A stretch of DNA of 64,000 bases from Tubiluchus corallicola. Its lineage: Eukaryota > Animalia > Priapulida. Shown here in pieces: positions 38,057 to 51,140 of the stretch (position 1 is its first letter; each line of letters starts with the position of its first letter). The translations under genes and the position numbers were made by a program. The notes under the pieces are model-generated. The model did not search any database. It was not told the DNA's origin and worked only from the letters and a program-made list of their open reading frames with translations. Where the stretch lies: contig JAQGDQ010000055.1 in NCBI GenBank assembly GCA_030141605.1, positions 186,001-250,000 on the forward strand, in the 5' to 3' direction.

Positions 38057-41000
38057 TTAATTAACATGCAAACAAACAATCAAACATATAAAACGGATTA
38101 ATTTTGGTATCAAAGTGAAAAAACTCGAACAGCTGCTTACGCGAACACGATTCAAAAGCGAAACAGAAATTTGTGGTAATCTTGTGATCAAAATGAAACA
38201 AATTGTCTTAAATTGAATTTTAAATTAATTTGAACTGAATAAAATATGAGGCTAATTGCTTTGGTTTAGGTAAAGGGTATATTTATGTGTCAAGAGCAAC
38301 ACGGGAAACCTTCAAAACCATCATACCCATCGCAATTATTTTTACGACGATTAAAAAAGTTTAAAATGTTTTAATTACAAGCTTTGTTATTAATTTTATT
38401 TAATTATTTTGTTTCATAATACATGATGTTATTATTATATTGACGCAAACAGGCGCATACAAGACCTTGAATCCGCTTGCTATGTGGATTTTGGCACCTT
38501 TTATTTGGCAACCCTAAATCCTCTTAAATCCCAACCACTAAGTAACTAAAGTAAGTGGTAAATAAACTCATTTAATTCACAGTACAAAAGGCTTAATCAC
38601 GCAAGGTAGCTGCAAATGCAGAAAGTCCATTATTGACTAGCAGGTTGTATTCGCGCCTCACAAAGATGTAATTATAATAAAATGTATATTTTAATCCTAG
38701 GTAAGAGTTTCAGATAATGGGACTCGTGTCTGGGCTGGTTTATTGTCCGAGCAATTGTTATTATCTCGACTCCTGCAAATTTCTTTCTGCCAAGTGCAGT
38801 TTTTATGGACATTTTCTACACGATGAATGTCTCTAAAAAATTAAAAAGGACCTTACCACTACTTCAAATTAATTTTGTAAAATTGAAAAACAGGGGTGAT
38901 TATTGGAAAGCATTTGATACTCAGGAGGGTGCTATACTGCACACCTGGTGAAACGTATCTTCATCCTGGACACGCCATTCCTTCAGGTTCTTATACCTGC
39001 AATGCGTTTTCCATATAAGCTGATATCAGATTGAATGAAGCCTTTTTCGACGCAGGAATTAAGCTGTTTGTTGCAATAAAATCTGTCCTTATACATGAGT
39101 GGCAAACTTGTGTACGAAAATACAAGCTTAATGATGTATGCAAGTAACTTACGTGGCTTCCACAATGCTTACGACCAGAAGCTATTCTGATGGTTTGTAA
39201 GATGTACACATTTGCTCCTCATGTATTGCAAGATGTGAACAGCTATTACCCACGCAAAATGTTTTAAAATATTTGTTTACATTGTTTGTACATTTGTTTA
39301 CCAAAAAAAACAGAAACTTGCGCTGTAACACAGCGCCAAGCAATCTATTGTTGTTCAGCAAAAGGTTTTCGTTGTCAGGTTTTTGTTCAAAGCAAATTTT
39401 TTTTTCAAAATCTAAAACACCGCGTTCAAGGCCAGCGTTAGGCAAACTACCCAGCCACCTGGAGCGCTGACCCCAGAGGGTTGCAAAACTATATCTTAAA
39501 GGAGGTTAGGCTTATTTCAGCGTTCGCAAAAATGTCAGAAGGCTGTAGTAATAAAAGTGTGATAAGCGCCTCGTGTAGTTATTAAAATCACTTTAAGGAC
39601 TCGATAATTTCATACTTGGGAGCTACCATTTTGAGTCCCCATTCTTCCACCAATGACGTCATTAATTTGGTGGCAGTGTTGCCATTTCATCTTGTCACTT
39701 GATTTACTCAATCTTTTGATCAGTTGAAAATTTTATGCATCTCAACTACATGTTTTTTCTACCTTTTCGTGTTTATTGGAACAGTTCGAATGCGTCCTGT
39801 TGAATTCTCGATCTTTTTTGTTTCTTTGAACATTTTTCTGTCTTCTTTCACCTCCTTTCACAACAGTATCACCTACTTTCTTCTGCCTTTTCTTCTTCTT
39901 ATTATTATTATATTTACCTGATCAAGTTACCTGATTTCTCTGTACGTAATATAGAACACAACCTGTGTTGCTTGTAATTTTGTTGCAAGGTCTAGTGGTC
40001 AAGGTCAAGGTGCAAATGTCCCAAGTTTATATCCAGACTCTATAATATCTGCAAAAGGGACAACTATAGAGTGCTCCGATCTGTCTAGAGAACACTGCAT
40101 GACAGTGTTCTAAAGTTCTTAAATCTTAAGTCATAAGTCATTTATTTTACATGACACATTTACAATAATTTCATGTGTAAAATATAGTGAAAACGCCTAC
40201 AATGCACATAATTTTGCACTGTTTCTCTACAGGAAAAGCCTCACACGATGTTTGTTTATATATAAATGTAAATGTCTTACGGGCAATCAAAAAGCACGGC
40301 TTGTTAGATTGTCCCACCTTGTGAAATTAAAAACAAGTAATGAAAATACACTGAAAATTATGAGATGAATTATGTGATAAAGAAAACATTTAGTTCTTCA
40401 GAGTGGAATGATATAATGAATGAAGCTCATATATATGATGATATAAAAGATAGAAGGACTATTATTTGTTAAATAATAAAATCGGCATGCGTGTACACAA
40501 ATTAAGACAACTGGTATAAGATACCTGGAGCTTAAAGTCGCACAGATAAAACTAAGTAAAACCTCTTGTCCAAACTATAATGTTTAAAATTTGGAGGTGA
40601 GCAATACAAAGACGAGACCACGAGGTGTTAGCTCACATGTAAAGTTACAACCTTGTAGGTTAGATATACAGCACTTAAGTTAGATACTATTGCAGACAGG
40701 CATCGTTATACGCTACATCGTATTAAAGCACCAGAAAACCCTCAACTTACATAAAAATTCGTCTTGAAATTTTATACCACTTACATGATACCTTTTTGCA
40801 CACTGGACTTGCGTCGGCAGTAACGCTACTTAAAACATGTAAATTTAAACACTCGCGATAACCGTTAGAAACAAGCCATTATGACGACAGGTCGCTTGAA
40901 ACAAGTTTAGATAACACTGAGTAAAGTTTGAAGAAATATTCAGGACATTCGTAGCGCACATGTTACTAACTAAATAAAATTTTAAGTTACTGTATCTTGC

Positions 41001-44000
41001 CAATAAGCTTAAAAACACGTTTTTTGGTTAGTGAGTGGTGCACCCTCGAGTGTGAGCCAGCGTCATTTTACCAATTGGTGAAAACACTTTAAATAATTAA
41101 TAATTTTCTTTTCTAGTTACATAAGTCTTTCAAGCAGGTAAACGAAGTGCTAAGTAATACAAATTTGCATGGAAAGTTTTTTGGGACATAGTTTAACATT
41201 TTCTTTTCTTCCCCTGATTTACGTTGCGCGTATATGACGTCATGTAATGGCGCGGTCGGGACAGCATTGCGGCAGATTTAAAATGAAGCAAACAAAAACT
41301 CCTTTCAACGCGAGTACGATGCTTGCATAAAACTGCTATAAAGTAATATAATTTTTAAGGCGATTTTTCTGAAACTTCAGGTCCCCATTTTCTTGTCCTT
41401 TAAGGCCTTTTCAGTGTCGATTTTTGCTACAGATACGTTAACCGAACACAAGGTCACCGAAATACGTTACTGCACTCAGCATGCAAAGCTATTTACATTA
41501 AATTACACTGACACGTTGAGACAAGCCTATACAAAACAGTCAGCATAACAAAACTTAAAGGGGTAAAATCAAAGAAAATTTCAAAGTATGTCCCAAAAAG
41601 CTTTCTACACAAATTAATATTACTCAACATTACGCTTAACATGCTTGAAAAACTTGAGGAAGTAGAAAAGAAAATTCTTAGAAATTTAAAATGTTCGCGC
41701 CAACTGGTAAAATGTCACTGACGTATCTTCCCAGTGTGCAACAATGATTCACCAAAAACGTATTTTTAATATTCTTGACAAAATACAGTAATTTATACTT
41801 TTGCGTGAGCTGTGTTACGAATGCTCACTACGTAAGTGATATAAAATTTCGATAATAATTTTTTTAAGCTTTATATAAGTAAAGGGTTTCCTTGTGCTTT
41901 CATAATAAACATTATAAGTTTCTCATATTAGAATGGACCACATATTTAGTTTAGTGCCAACGCACATATATAATACAGTATCACAATACATTGTATCCTT
42001 GGTTCCCAACATGGGGTACTAGTACCCCTTAGGGGTACAGTGAACACCATAAGGGGTATCTGAGAAGCCTCTTAGACAATTTTAAAAAAGTAGTGTTATG
42101 TAATAATCAGCGGATGATTCAGACATCTCTGTCGACTGTGCCAACAAATCATGATTTTTGGTCGAGGTCTTGACCCCTGTCCACTGTAAAGCTTTCAGTA
42201 ATCTTTTCGCTGTGAAGCAGGCTTTTCAACGATGGTAATAATCAGCTGAATAAAGACAAAAGCCAGAAACCGCCTTGACATCCGCGGATACATGAGAGTC
42301 AGTCTGTCGAAAACTGAACCACGATTCAAGCAGTTAGTTTCTGGTATGCAACAGCAGCCATCCCATTGAATTCTCATTTAGTGCGCTTGATTGAAGTAAT
42401 ACGTATAATATATAATTATATATACAATAAAAATATTCATGACATTACATGAGCTTTGGCGCTTCTTTTTATTTATGGAGGGCGAAGAGTTACCATAAGA
42501 TAGCGTAAAAAATTAGGGGTACGTGCAGTCCAAAAGGTTGGGAATCGGGGCATTGTATTGTATAAGTTGATTACCACTTAAAAACAAATTAATCCGAAAC
42601 ACTGGGACTCGAACTCGGGTCACCGTGTTGCTTATACAGTTGATTTACTTTCAGGTGTGACGTTGATATAAACTGCACAGATTACGATTTGACTGATCAT
42701 GAAATAACACAGCAACTGACCCACACGAAGATAAACTACAAGCTTAGCAAACTCAACTTACACCGAAGTTCATGGGAAGAAAAAGATTATTGTGTTAAAA
42801 CAGAGTCCGAGTCGACACACCAAGGTGAGCAGATTGTTTTAGAATTCTCTATGGTTTTATGTTTTATTCATTGCAAACATTATGTGTTGATGAAGGTAAA
42901 GACACCAGTGACGACACAGATAATCGAGACATTGATCATAGCGATTGAGATGATGTGATGACAGCGACGATGAAGTGCACATTAATGACATTAGACGATG
43001 ACGATTAGACGACATTTAGCCGTGACAAAAATGATGATGATAATGATAATGAATATGATGATAAATATGATGACGATGAAAATTATTACGATAACGTTTG
43101 TAGTAGTGACAATTATTACTTAGGTAAACCCCTTTCTTTTTAACTGTGCTCATTTAAATGTTTTCATTTCAGTGGCGTGCTTAATTACATTACTTTTGTG
43201 ATGTACGTACGTATAATTAATAATAATAATTGTCTGCAAGTGTTATATTATAAATAAATTTTCAGGATTGTTAGATATGACGTACGCTCAATCAAGTTTG
43301 AACCCGAGTAAATATTTCGTCTGTATCTGTCCTACTGCAGTTCAATGTTTCTTTCTACTGTTCTACTGCTTTGGAAATAGCCAGTTAACATGATCATTAA
43401 AGCACAAAATTTTTATTATGTCACATTAGTATACGAATAATACTGAAATTGGAACTGAAATTATGCTGGTTAGCAGTGGTCACCACGCACCAGACACCGC
43501 CTATCGCTGAGAAATTAGCTATTGAATTCTGCTTTTCGGTAGGAATCTATCTTAATTTTCTTTAAGTAACCCCTTACTTTGAGTGACCATTGGCCTCGTT
43601 TGGAGCGACTTGTATAAAAATGGCAAATAATACAACTTTCTCAAAAGTTTTGAAATCAAAATTAATACCGTCTCTTCCGTGTGAGGTTTTCTTGTTTTTT
43701 GTTTGTTTTGACCTTCGTGCATCAGGTGTTGTAAAACAGTAAAATGCGTCAAAGAATCGCAGCGAGACGCTCCTGTATAATCATATTCACATCCATCAAA
43801 CAGGAAAACCGTTTTCTTGTCACGAATTTGCTGTTGGCAACCGAGTTTATTTCATTTACTTCGCTTCTCCAGAGACTTGCTCAGCTTCATGCTCAGATTT
43901 TGCTTAATTGCGTCCTAATATGCTTGACAATGGCTCTAGTTAACCTTCTAGATCACAGGCAACTGCAATAAGTTGTTTTTATTGCTCTGCGGACGGCTGC

Positions 44001-46927
44001 GCTTGTCCCTAAACACACAGGACCATTGCGAGAAAATTCCTCACTTTTTTCACCAAAGGGCGATGTCTCAATTGTTTTTCGTGCTTCTAGTTATAGAGTT
44101 TACGCTTCTTATTCTAGCACAAAAATAGCCGTGTTCAGTTTGCGCAAAGGGGTCGCTATCTGCCAACATGATTAATAAATAAAATAGCTAATACGCTTTA
44201 AAAATTGTATATTAAAAATCCACCTGTACTTATGTACTAGATCTTTTACGTTTTTAATTGTTGAATCTCCAACAGTTTCTGCATGATCAATTGTTTCGAT
44301 ATTTTGATATTAGCTCATTATAAAAATTACCTTAAAAGAAAACAGTATGATTTTTTATATACCATCCCATTTTCAAGTATGGTAAAAAATATAAATTTTA
44401 ACACAACTAATACCACAAAAGCGTTTCTGATAATTAAATAATAAATTCACAGCTTAATTAACGGCAGGCGAGCCCAACTATTGATGACATCACAAACTAA
44501 CATAATTTTCCACAGCAAAAATGTTCCACGAGCGCGTTGCAAGTGTTTTGCGAAAGCAAAAATTGAAGTACAGTGCTACTGTAAGATATTTAGTGTGTTG
44601 TACTAAAACTAGGCAAGTTTTTAAGATAGAATTTCAAATTTACAGCTGTGCCCACGCATGAGCTGTCGAATGTGTGCAGTTTGTCACGAACTAACACATC
44701 TGAACTGAAAGGTACATCACCTTTTTTTGTGCAATGCGTTTCCGAAATGCAGGCGCTAATGCAATTGTAGTGTTGATAAAGAAGTGACATCTATTGGCAA
44801 AGAAGTTGAACAACACAATATTGTGTCGCATTTAAACACTTAAAACAGTTTTCGTAGATCACTGAGTATAAAGCACTCGATTTTTTTAAAAACTTATTTT
44901 TATTAACTAATATATTAATTAATTTGTTTTATCGGCGCCATATAATTTCTTAGTAGTTTTAGTACATACTACCAGCTACCATTTTTATCCTTATATTACA
45001 TTTACAGGGTAATTATATTTACGTTACTATTCACAATTATACTTATACTTATTATATTTTTTATATAACAGAAAGGCTAGAGATGTCAGCTACTGGTCGT
45101 AGGATTGCTAAAGATCCCTGGCAGAGTATTTCTTCTTATGGTAAGTCAATTAGTGAATTACTATTTGGTATAAAATTCACATTTTTAATTATACCTTTAT
45201 TATATTTATAGTATATTTAGTCTCCAGTAATTGATAACACAAAAATAGCCGATAACACAAAAAAAAAATCTCCAGTAACTGATAATACAAAAATATCAAC
45301 TATAGCAAAAGTAGTGCTAGTTACGAAACATAGGATGACTGAAAATTCCATACAATATATAGATTAAACTGCGTCGTAATTCTGTTTTATAGTTTTAATA
45401 AAGGATAGCTTTTTAATGAATTCTTAGCAGAAGGGCCGGCTCTATTCACTAGTCAAACTAGGCAGTTGCCTAGAGCGCCAAATTTAGGGAGGGGGGGAGC
45501 TAAATTTTGGAAGTAAGTCCTTAATTTTTAAGTTTGCATAAGTAATAACATAATGGTTGACACGATAGCAAGTTCTTGTCCGCAGTTTGTATTGTCTGTA
45601 TAGAGCAGCAGACAAAGTAATAAATCCTTTCACTGCAAAAAAGTTTGAAAGCCTAGAGCTTAAAGTGATGTCAATTTCAAATGTAGCTGTGAACACTTCA
45701 ATTAATTACTACACTGTAATATACATAAACTCAACACACAAGTACCATTATGCTTTAATATATACGACAAAAATTCAGTTCTATAGATGGGTGTGCGTGG
45801 GCTCTGTGGAGAACCGTTGAAGATGGGGCACTAAAATACTTTTTTAATATCGGAATTAAATTCAACAGACAACACAAGCCATGATCCTTTTATGCCGACT
45901 GTAAATAACAAACTACACCCTCCATAACAGAAATTATGTTTACTCATGACAGGGCAGCAACAGGTACCATTCTTAAAGTCTTTGGTATGCTCGACGCAGT
46001 GTCGAACTCACGATCTTCTTGACGGAAAGTAGACGCGTTACCACTAGACTATACAGTCTGGTCACAGTAATTAATGAAATTATTTGATATAATCAGGTGC
46101 GGGGCAAATAGTTTGTCGTATTCTGAAGGCAGGTGAAAGTTCTTTAGCCGAAAAGACGCTTGATTATTTCTTTTCAAAATACGCAAATCATTAGAATGCG
46201 ACTCTATTCTCTTTTCCTTTACTTACTTATTTGATCATTAATGTTTAGTTTGTAACTTGAATACCAATTCCCATTTGAACTTCAGTTAAGACCTTCAGTT
46301 TCTGAAGTTTAATAATTAATTTTCTGTGAAATTTCCGCGTTTTTCAGTGACAGATTTACTTATATTCGGACACTGAACGCTTTACTCAGTTTTGTTTGAA
46401 AATTATCTGTCTTCCTCTAATCGCGTGGGGGGGAGGATTAAAAGGAGCCCCAGAGGTGGAACGCTTAGTATCCGACACAAGTGTCTTTGAACCGTGAAGC
46501 TGAGCTGACAATTTTAACTCAATTCAGAATCATAAAATACGTGACATTTTGACATTATCTTATTTTGTATTTCAGAACCTCGAGCGGCACAAAAATGCCA
46601 AGAAGAAAGAGTTTCTGCCTCCTTTCAGCGAAGAGGTTCCCTACAATTGTGGCAGTTTCTAGTTGCTTTGCTGGATGATCCAGTCAACTCAACTTGCATC
46701 GCCTGGACTGGAAGAGGAATGGAATTTAAGCTAATAGAACCAGAAGAGGTAGAAATATTCCGTGGTCAACTAATATTGCTGTATGCGCATGACAGAGAGA
46801 GGAGAGATAGAGACAAAGATGCAGAGGAGGAGAGGGAGATAGATAAATAAATAAATAAATATTTATCTATCTCCCTCTCCTGCTCTGTATCTTTGTAATG
46901 CTAGTAATAATTCAATTTTTTCTTGTA

Positions 46928-46970
<43 letters not shown>

Positions 46971-47010
46971 GTATAAAGAGAGAGAGAGAGAGAGAAGGTG
47001 GAATAGTGGA

Positions 47011-47060
<50 letters not shown>

Positions 47061-47514
47061 GGAATGGGGAAGAGGGAATGCAGGGAGAGCAACAGCAAGA
47101 AAAAATTGAATTATTACTACCATCCTTCTGTTGCAGGTGGCCAGGAGGTGGGGAATGCAGAAGAACAGGCCATCTATGAACTATGATAAACTGAGCAGGT
47201 CGCTCAGATACTACTATGAAAAAGGAATAATGCAGAAAGTTGCCGGAGAACGCTACGTCTACAAGTTCGTCTGTGACCCGGAAGTTCTATATACAATGGC
47301 ATTTCCGGATAACCAGCGCCCTCTACTCAGGTCGGATATGCTGGAAGGGTTTCAAGGCATCACGTCCACGAACTGTCCTTTAAAACTGCTGAACGAAACT
47401 GTTCCACTGTCACATGTTAATGAAATGAAAAGTTACGAAATGTCCAACAGACAGCTACACAATGTTTATTATTCCACCGACGCAACCCGCCCAGAATCCG
47501 AATGTGTGTATTAA
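37498..47514 (+). CDS. pea3: ETS transcription factor, PEA3 subfamily (ETV1/4/5-like), about 277 aa as modelled
   Basis: Confident exons 46576-46748 ([37 protein letters not shown]) and 47137-47514 ([64 protein letters not shown]). Upstream in-phase GT-AG exons 37498-37541, 42655-42824 (contains VKTE) and 45072-45140 are less certain. Confidence 0.88.
37564..38090. repeat. Compound tetranucleotide microsatellite
   Basis: Successive blocks of GAAT, GAGT, degenerate CAAC, AAAC, GACT, GAAC and AACT. Confidence 0.9.
40723..41403 (+). mobile_element. Kolobok-like MITE, family B (long form)
   Basis: TTAAAGCACCAGAAAA ... TTTTCTTGTCCTTTAA. Confidence 0.78.
41555..41902 (-). mobile_element. Kolobok-like MITE, family B (short, internally deleted)
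   Basis: TTAAAGGGGTAAAA ... TTTCCTTGTGCTTT; reverse-complement homology to 6315-6821. Confidence 0.65.
41997..42550 (+). mobile_element. hAT (Charlie-like) internally deleted transposon
   Basis: 8-bp TSD CATTGTAT on both sides; TIR-like ends ..TGGTTCCCAAC / GTTGGGAATC..; internal about 42205-42369 encodes the transposase C-terminus [50 protein letters not shown]. Confidence 0.85.
44332..44758 (-). mobile_element. Truncated family A MITE
   Basis: Homologous to 21038-21666 from the TTAAAAGAA end; other end missing. Confidence 0.75.
45865..46063 (-). mobile_element. tRNA-derived SINE with Meta-like central domain
   Basis: Minus strand: A box TAGTCTAGTGG, B box GAGTTCGACAC, then CATACCAAAGACTTTAAGAATGGTACCTGTTGCTGCCCTG, a motif I recall from MetaSINE-type elements. 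Confidence 0.6.
46813..47123. repeat. Two inverted-repeat pairs plus CT/AT/GA microsatellites in the ETS-domain intron
   Basis: 46813-46849 pairs with 46860-46896 (37 bp, 2 differences); 46902-46925 pairs perfectly with 47096-47119 (24 bp). Confidence 0.85.
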
Positions 47515-49289
47515 ACCCAGACCTCCAGATAAAATGCCTGGATGCTTAAACAGAGTTCTGTGGTGCTTAAGCGTCGCGTTCACCATCGTCATCGTCGTCG
47601 CCTAGGTGGAATATCTGGGTTATGAGCAGTGACAATGTGCGCAACCATTGATTTCGATTGTTTCGAAGCTTATGGGTAGTTTCATCTGCATCCGGTTGTT
47701 TAAGTTGTTGAAAGAGAATGTACGCGTATTCGAACGCGTCTTAGAGTGCCTCTGCCGCTTCATTATAATCTCACGTTAGTACGTAATTTTAGAAAACGCA
47801 TTAAATTTCTGTCTCGACACCATCATTCAACTTTAGCTGCAAAACGTACCGTAGAATGCTACATTCTCAATTACTGCACACCAAATCATACATAGAATAA
47901 TGTGTATTGTGTTTACACTTAGACGAGTGACAAGTTCGCGTCGCGCTATTGGCTGCCTTGTTGTAAATTTCATCTGTGAGTGTGCTGAGAGCTTCAATAG
48001 ACGAATTACAAACATCCTGCCATTTGCTCTTGAAGAAATGAAGAAAATTTGCCAGATGATGAAGGAAACAAAAGAATGTGTGATACGATAACCCGTCAGA
48101 GCTAAACAAAAATTTCAGAGACATTTGTCTTTATAATATATAATACATTTTCACTGTTTCGTTGTCCTTGACTTTTTAACTTACGGCTTGAATGATGTTG
48201 TTGTTAGTAACTCATTCTAGTTAATTTTGATTCTCCGAATGACCTTCTGTGGGCTTCAATTTTCTTATCTATTGATATGTGTGTCAGTAACTCTACGTTG
48301 TAGATTTTTACACAACTGAAAGATGTCGGCGTTGTTGGAGTTGGAGTGGTGACCAACATGATAACCGGCGTAGCGTAAAACATCAAGAAAGTAACCAATA
48401 TCCCCACATTAAATTTTATTTCGTTTACTGAAAAGTAGTCACACGAAAATTGTGTGAGTTTCCCTCACACAAACTATCAACACACGCTTAAAACTGTCAC
48501 TCACTTTTCTAGCGACAGATGGCGTCACATAGCCAAATTCTGTCTAAATTATGCACAGTATGAAAACAGAAATGTTTATCTTTGATAAATAACTCTGACA
48601 TCCTTAAACGAAAAAAATACAGCTGTATATTATCCTTTTTCCTCTAACAACTGAAAAGTCACACGATTATACTACATCTATGTTTAGTTTTTTCAAAGTA
48701 TTGCTATGGATAACGCTTAAATTCTGTTATTATTGTGTAAAATAATAAAAGAGCTTGTATTAAGTGTGAGTTTCATTAGCTTTTTCACGCAGCTTTTTTC
48801 TAAATCGAGAAGTAAAAGGCAAAATCAACAAAAAAAATCTGTCTGAGAGATGCAGCTCTGAACAGTTACGGTTACAGTTCATTGCTTATAAGCGTTCATC
48901 ATAATAATATAGTACATCAAACGTGCCGTACAAAATAAAATGAAACTAGGAGGAGTTGGGCGACAAAGGAAAATTTGACCGATGTCCAGTGTCCTTGACG
49001 CTCTGACCCGAGATAACCATACCAATGTTAGTCATCCACCCTCAGGTGTCTGTCCTGCAAGTTTCGTGACTTTAACTGTTTTAGTTTTGAAGTTATTACA
49101 ATTTCAAAATTGGAGAAATAATAAATAAACGGTTGATTTCTAAGAAGATTCTGCTATATGCAAAATCTTAATAATCACACTAAGTTATGACAAAAGCCAA
49201 CTGAAATCTAAAAATCACTATAAATTATCACAAAGTGCACAAAATCGCAAGAAAAAAATCATTACCTTATCACACAAGTAAAAAGTTTC

Positions 49290-49560
49290 AGCATAAAGTT
49301 GTAGAACCATAATTTGAAGATTGTTAGTTACAACATATATGTAAAAATCATGGCCTTAAATTATACAAATGCTTGCTGAAACAGGTGAACCTTTAGAAGC
49401 TTTTTAAATTTTTTAACATTGTAGCCAGTTTTAAATTCATAGAGAGCTGGTTCCAAAATGAAAAACCAAAATGATAAATAAATGAACCAATCTAATAGTT
49501 AATTATAAAACCACAAACTCAACTTCCAAAATGCATTAGAACTAGGTCTGCATAAACTTC
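49290..49560 (-). mobile_element. Degenerate CR1/L2-like LINE 3' remnant
   Basis: Minus strand YHFGFSFWNQLSMNLKLATMLKNLK resembles the G...WN.LP..IK....L..FK terminal motif. Confidence 0.4.
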
Positions 49561-50789
49561 AGTATGCATAGGTATCTGTGCTTTTGATTCTTATATACTT
49601 ATATCTGATACTTGAATCTTAGAGCACAAGTAAATGGAAGGCCAATCAGAATTCAGGAAATTGTTTGTAATTTTTGGCTGTTAATTTTGAGGTATGGCAC
49701 GTTGTATCTACCCACACCAAAAGCCAGAAGGTTATACGTAAGGGAAATCAAGTTAACTACTGGAGGGAGAAGCGACTATATTACAATAACCCAACCTATA
49801 AGTCAAAACTTTTTCGGGATTGGATCTTTATCCCGATTGGAACTGATTGGAACTTTAGTTGTGCTCGAGAGGTGACAGAATGGTGGCCAAACCAGATGGT
49901 TCATCAGTTTCATCAGCAGTATGCGACACACCAGTCAGTATTATCAATTAAAATTTATATTTTTAAATTTTAAAAGTAAGGAACATAATTTTCGAATAGA
50001 TAAAAATCTGAACTGAAATGGAACAAAACAATTATAAAAACATTTTTTTCCTGAAGTGAGCATTTAGCAGAAACTGTAGTTGTCAGACTGCTTTAAGAGC
50101 TGCTAAAATCTTTAGTCATAATTGAAGGGCAGGATTATTTTTGATACTGCTAATGAAATTATGGGCCCACCTCAAACGGAACAAACGTCTAACTTGCCCG
50201 TACCCGGCCTTGAAGATTTTTTAATCGTGACATATTTTGAGCGATATTTATATAACTTGAAGTAAACTTATTGCAAATTGTTTAAATAAACTAGAACAGT
50301 CATCTTTTGTTTGTCAATAAAGACATTCTTTAAGAATTACACTTACACAAATCTTACGTGGGTGGGGTAGGCGTTTAGTCTATGCGTGTGGGCGTTTAGT
50401 TTGTGCACGTGGGCGTACGTGCGTACATCTGTATGTGTTTTCAATATCTCATAAAACTATCAGAAACTTCGCCTAAGCCATTAGAGGAAATTTAGCAATG
50501 ATAATGAGTAATAAATCAACAGATTATAGGAAAATAAAACGTTTGAAAGAAATTTTCCTAGAAACCATCTGCTTAATTATCACTTCTTGTCTGGCCTACA
50601 TTTTTTTGCCATTGTTATTAATGTTAACTGCGTTTGTAGCTTAAATTTTGTCTGAAAATTACGTTTATGATCTCTGCTTTCTCACGTTACTACTTGGTAC
50701 GTAAAGCTTCCATGCAGAATGGCAGAGGTTGGCAGTCTCAACGTCAGAAACAAAGTACATATTAACCTGCGCACACGAACTGCGCAAAC

Positions 50790-51140
50790 AATGCAAAATC
50801 TGTATGCAACTTGTCTAAGACAGATTTTCACTCGTCTGCCGGCTCGATAAACGCTGTTTTATCAATTTTGTCGACACAGATTTTCACTAAACGAGCTTAA
50901 TTTTATGTTTCTGCCAAAAAGACCCTAGTCTCGTCTGTGGACAAAACTCTGCCTCAGACAAAACCAGATTAGACTCATAAAAGAGCAATCGTTTTGGTCA
51001 CGTGTCATCTAATAACTGTTTACGGTTTGCTTCATTGTTTACATAATGACACAGTTTGCTTCATACGAATGTTGTTGTGTGAAGGTGAACTTGTCTGAGA
51101 CAATTTGTGTCAGTTAATTTGTTGCAGACAATTTTTTTAA
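50790..51140 (-). repeat. Interspersed repeat family C, copy 2
   Basis: Reverse-complement homology to 20440-20740. Confidence 0.65.

Noticed and set aside
38900-39500. Possible hAT transposase zinc-finger relic on the minus strand
   Set aside because: Similarity too weak to support by eye.
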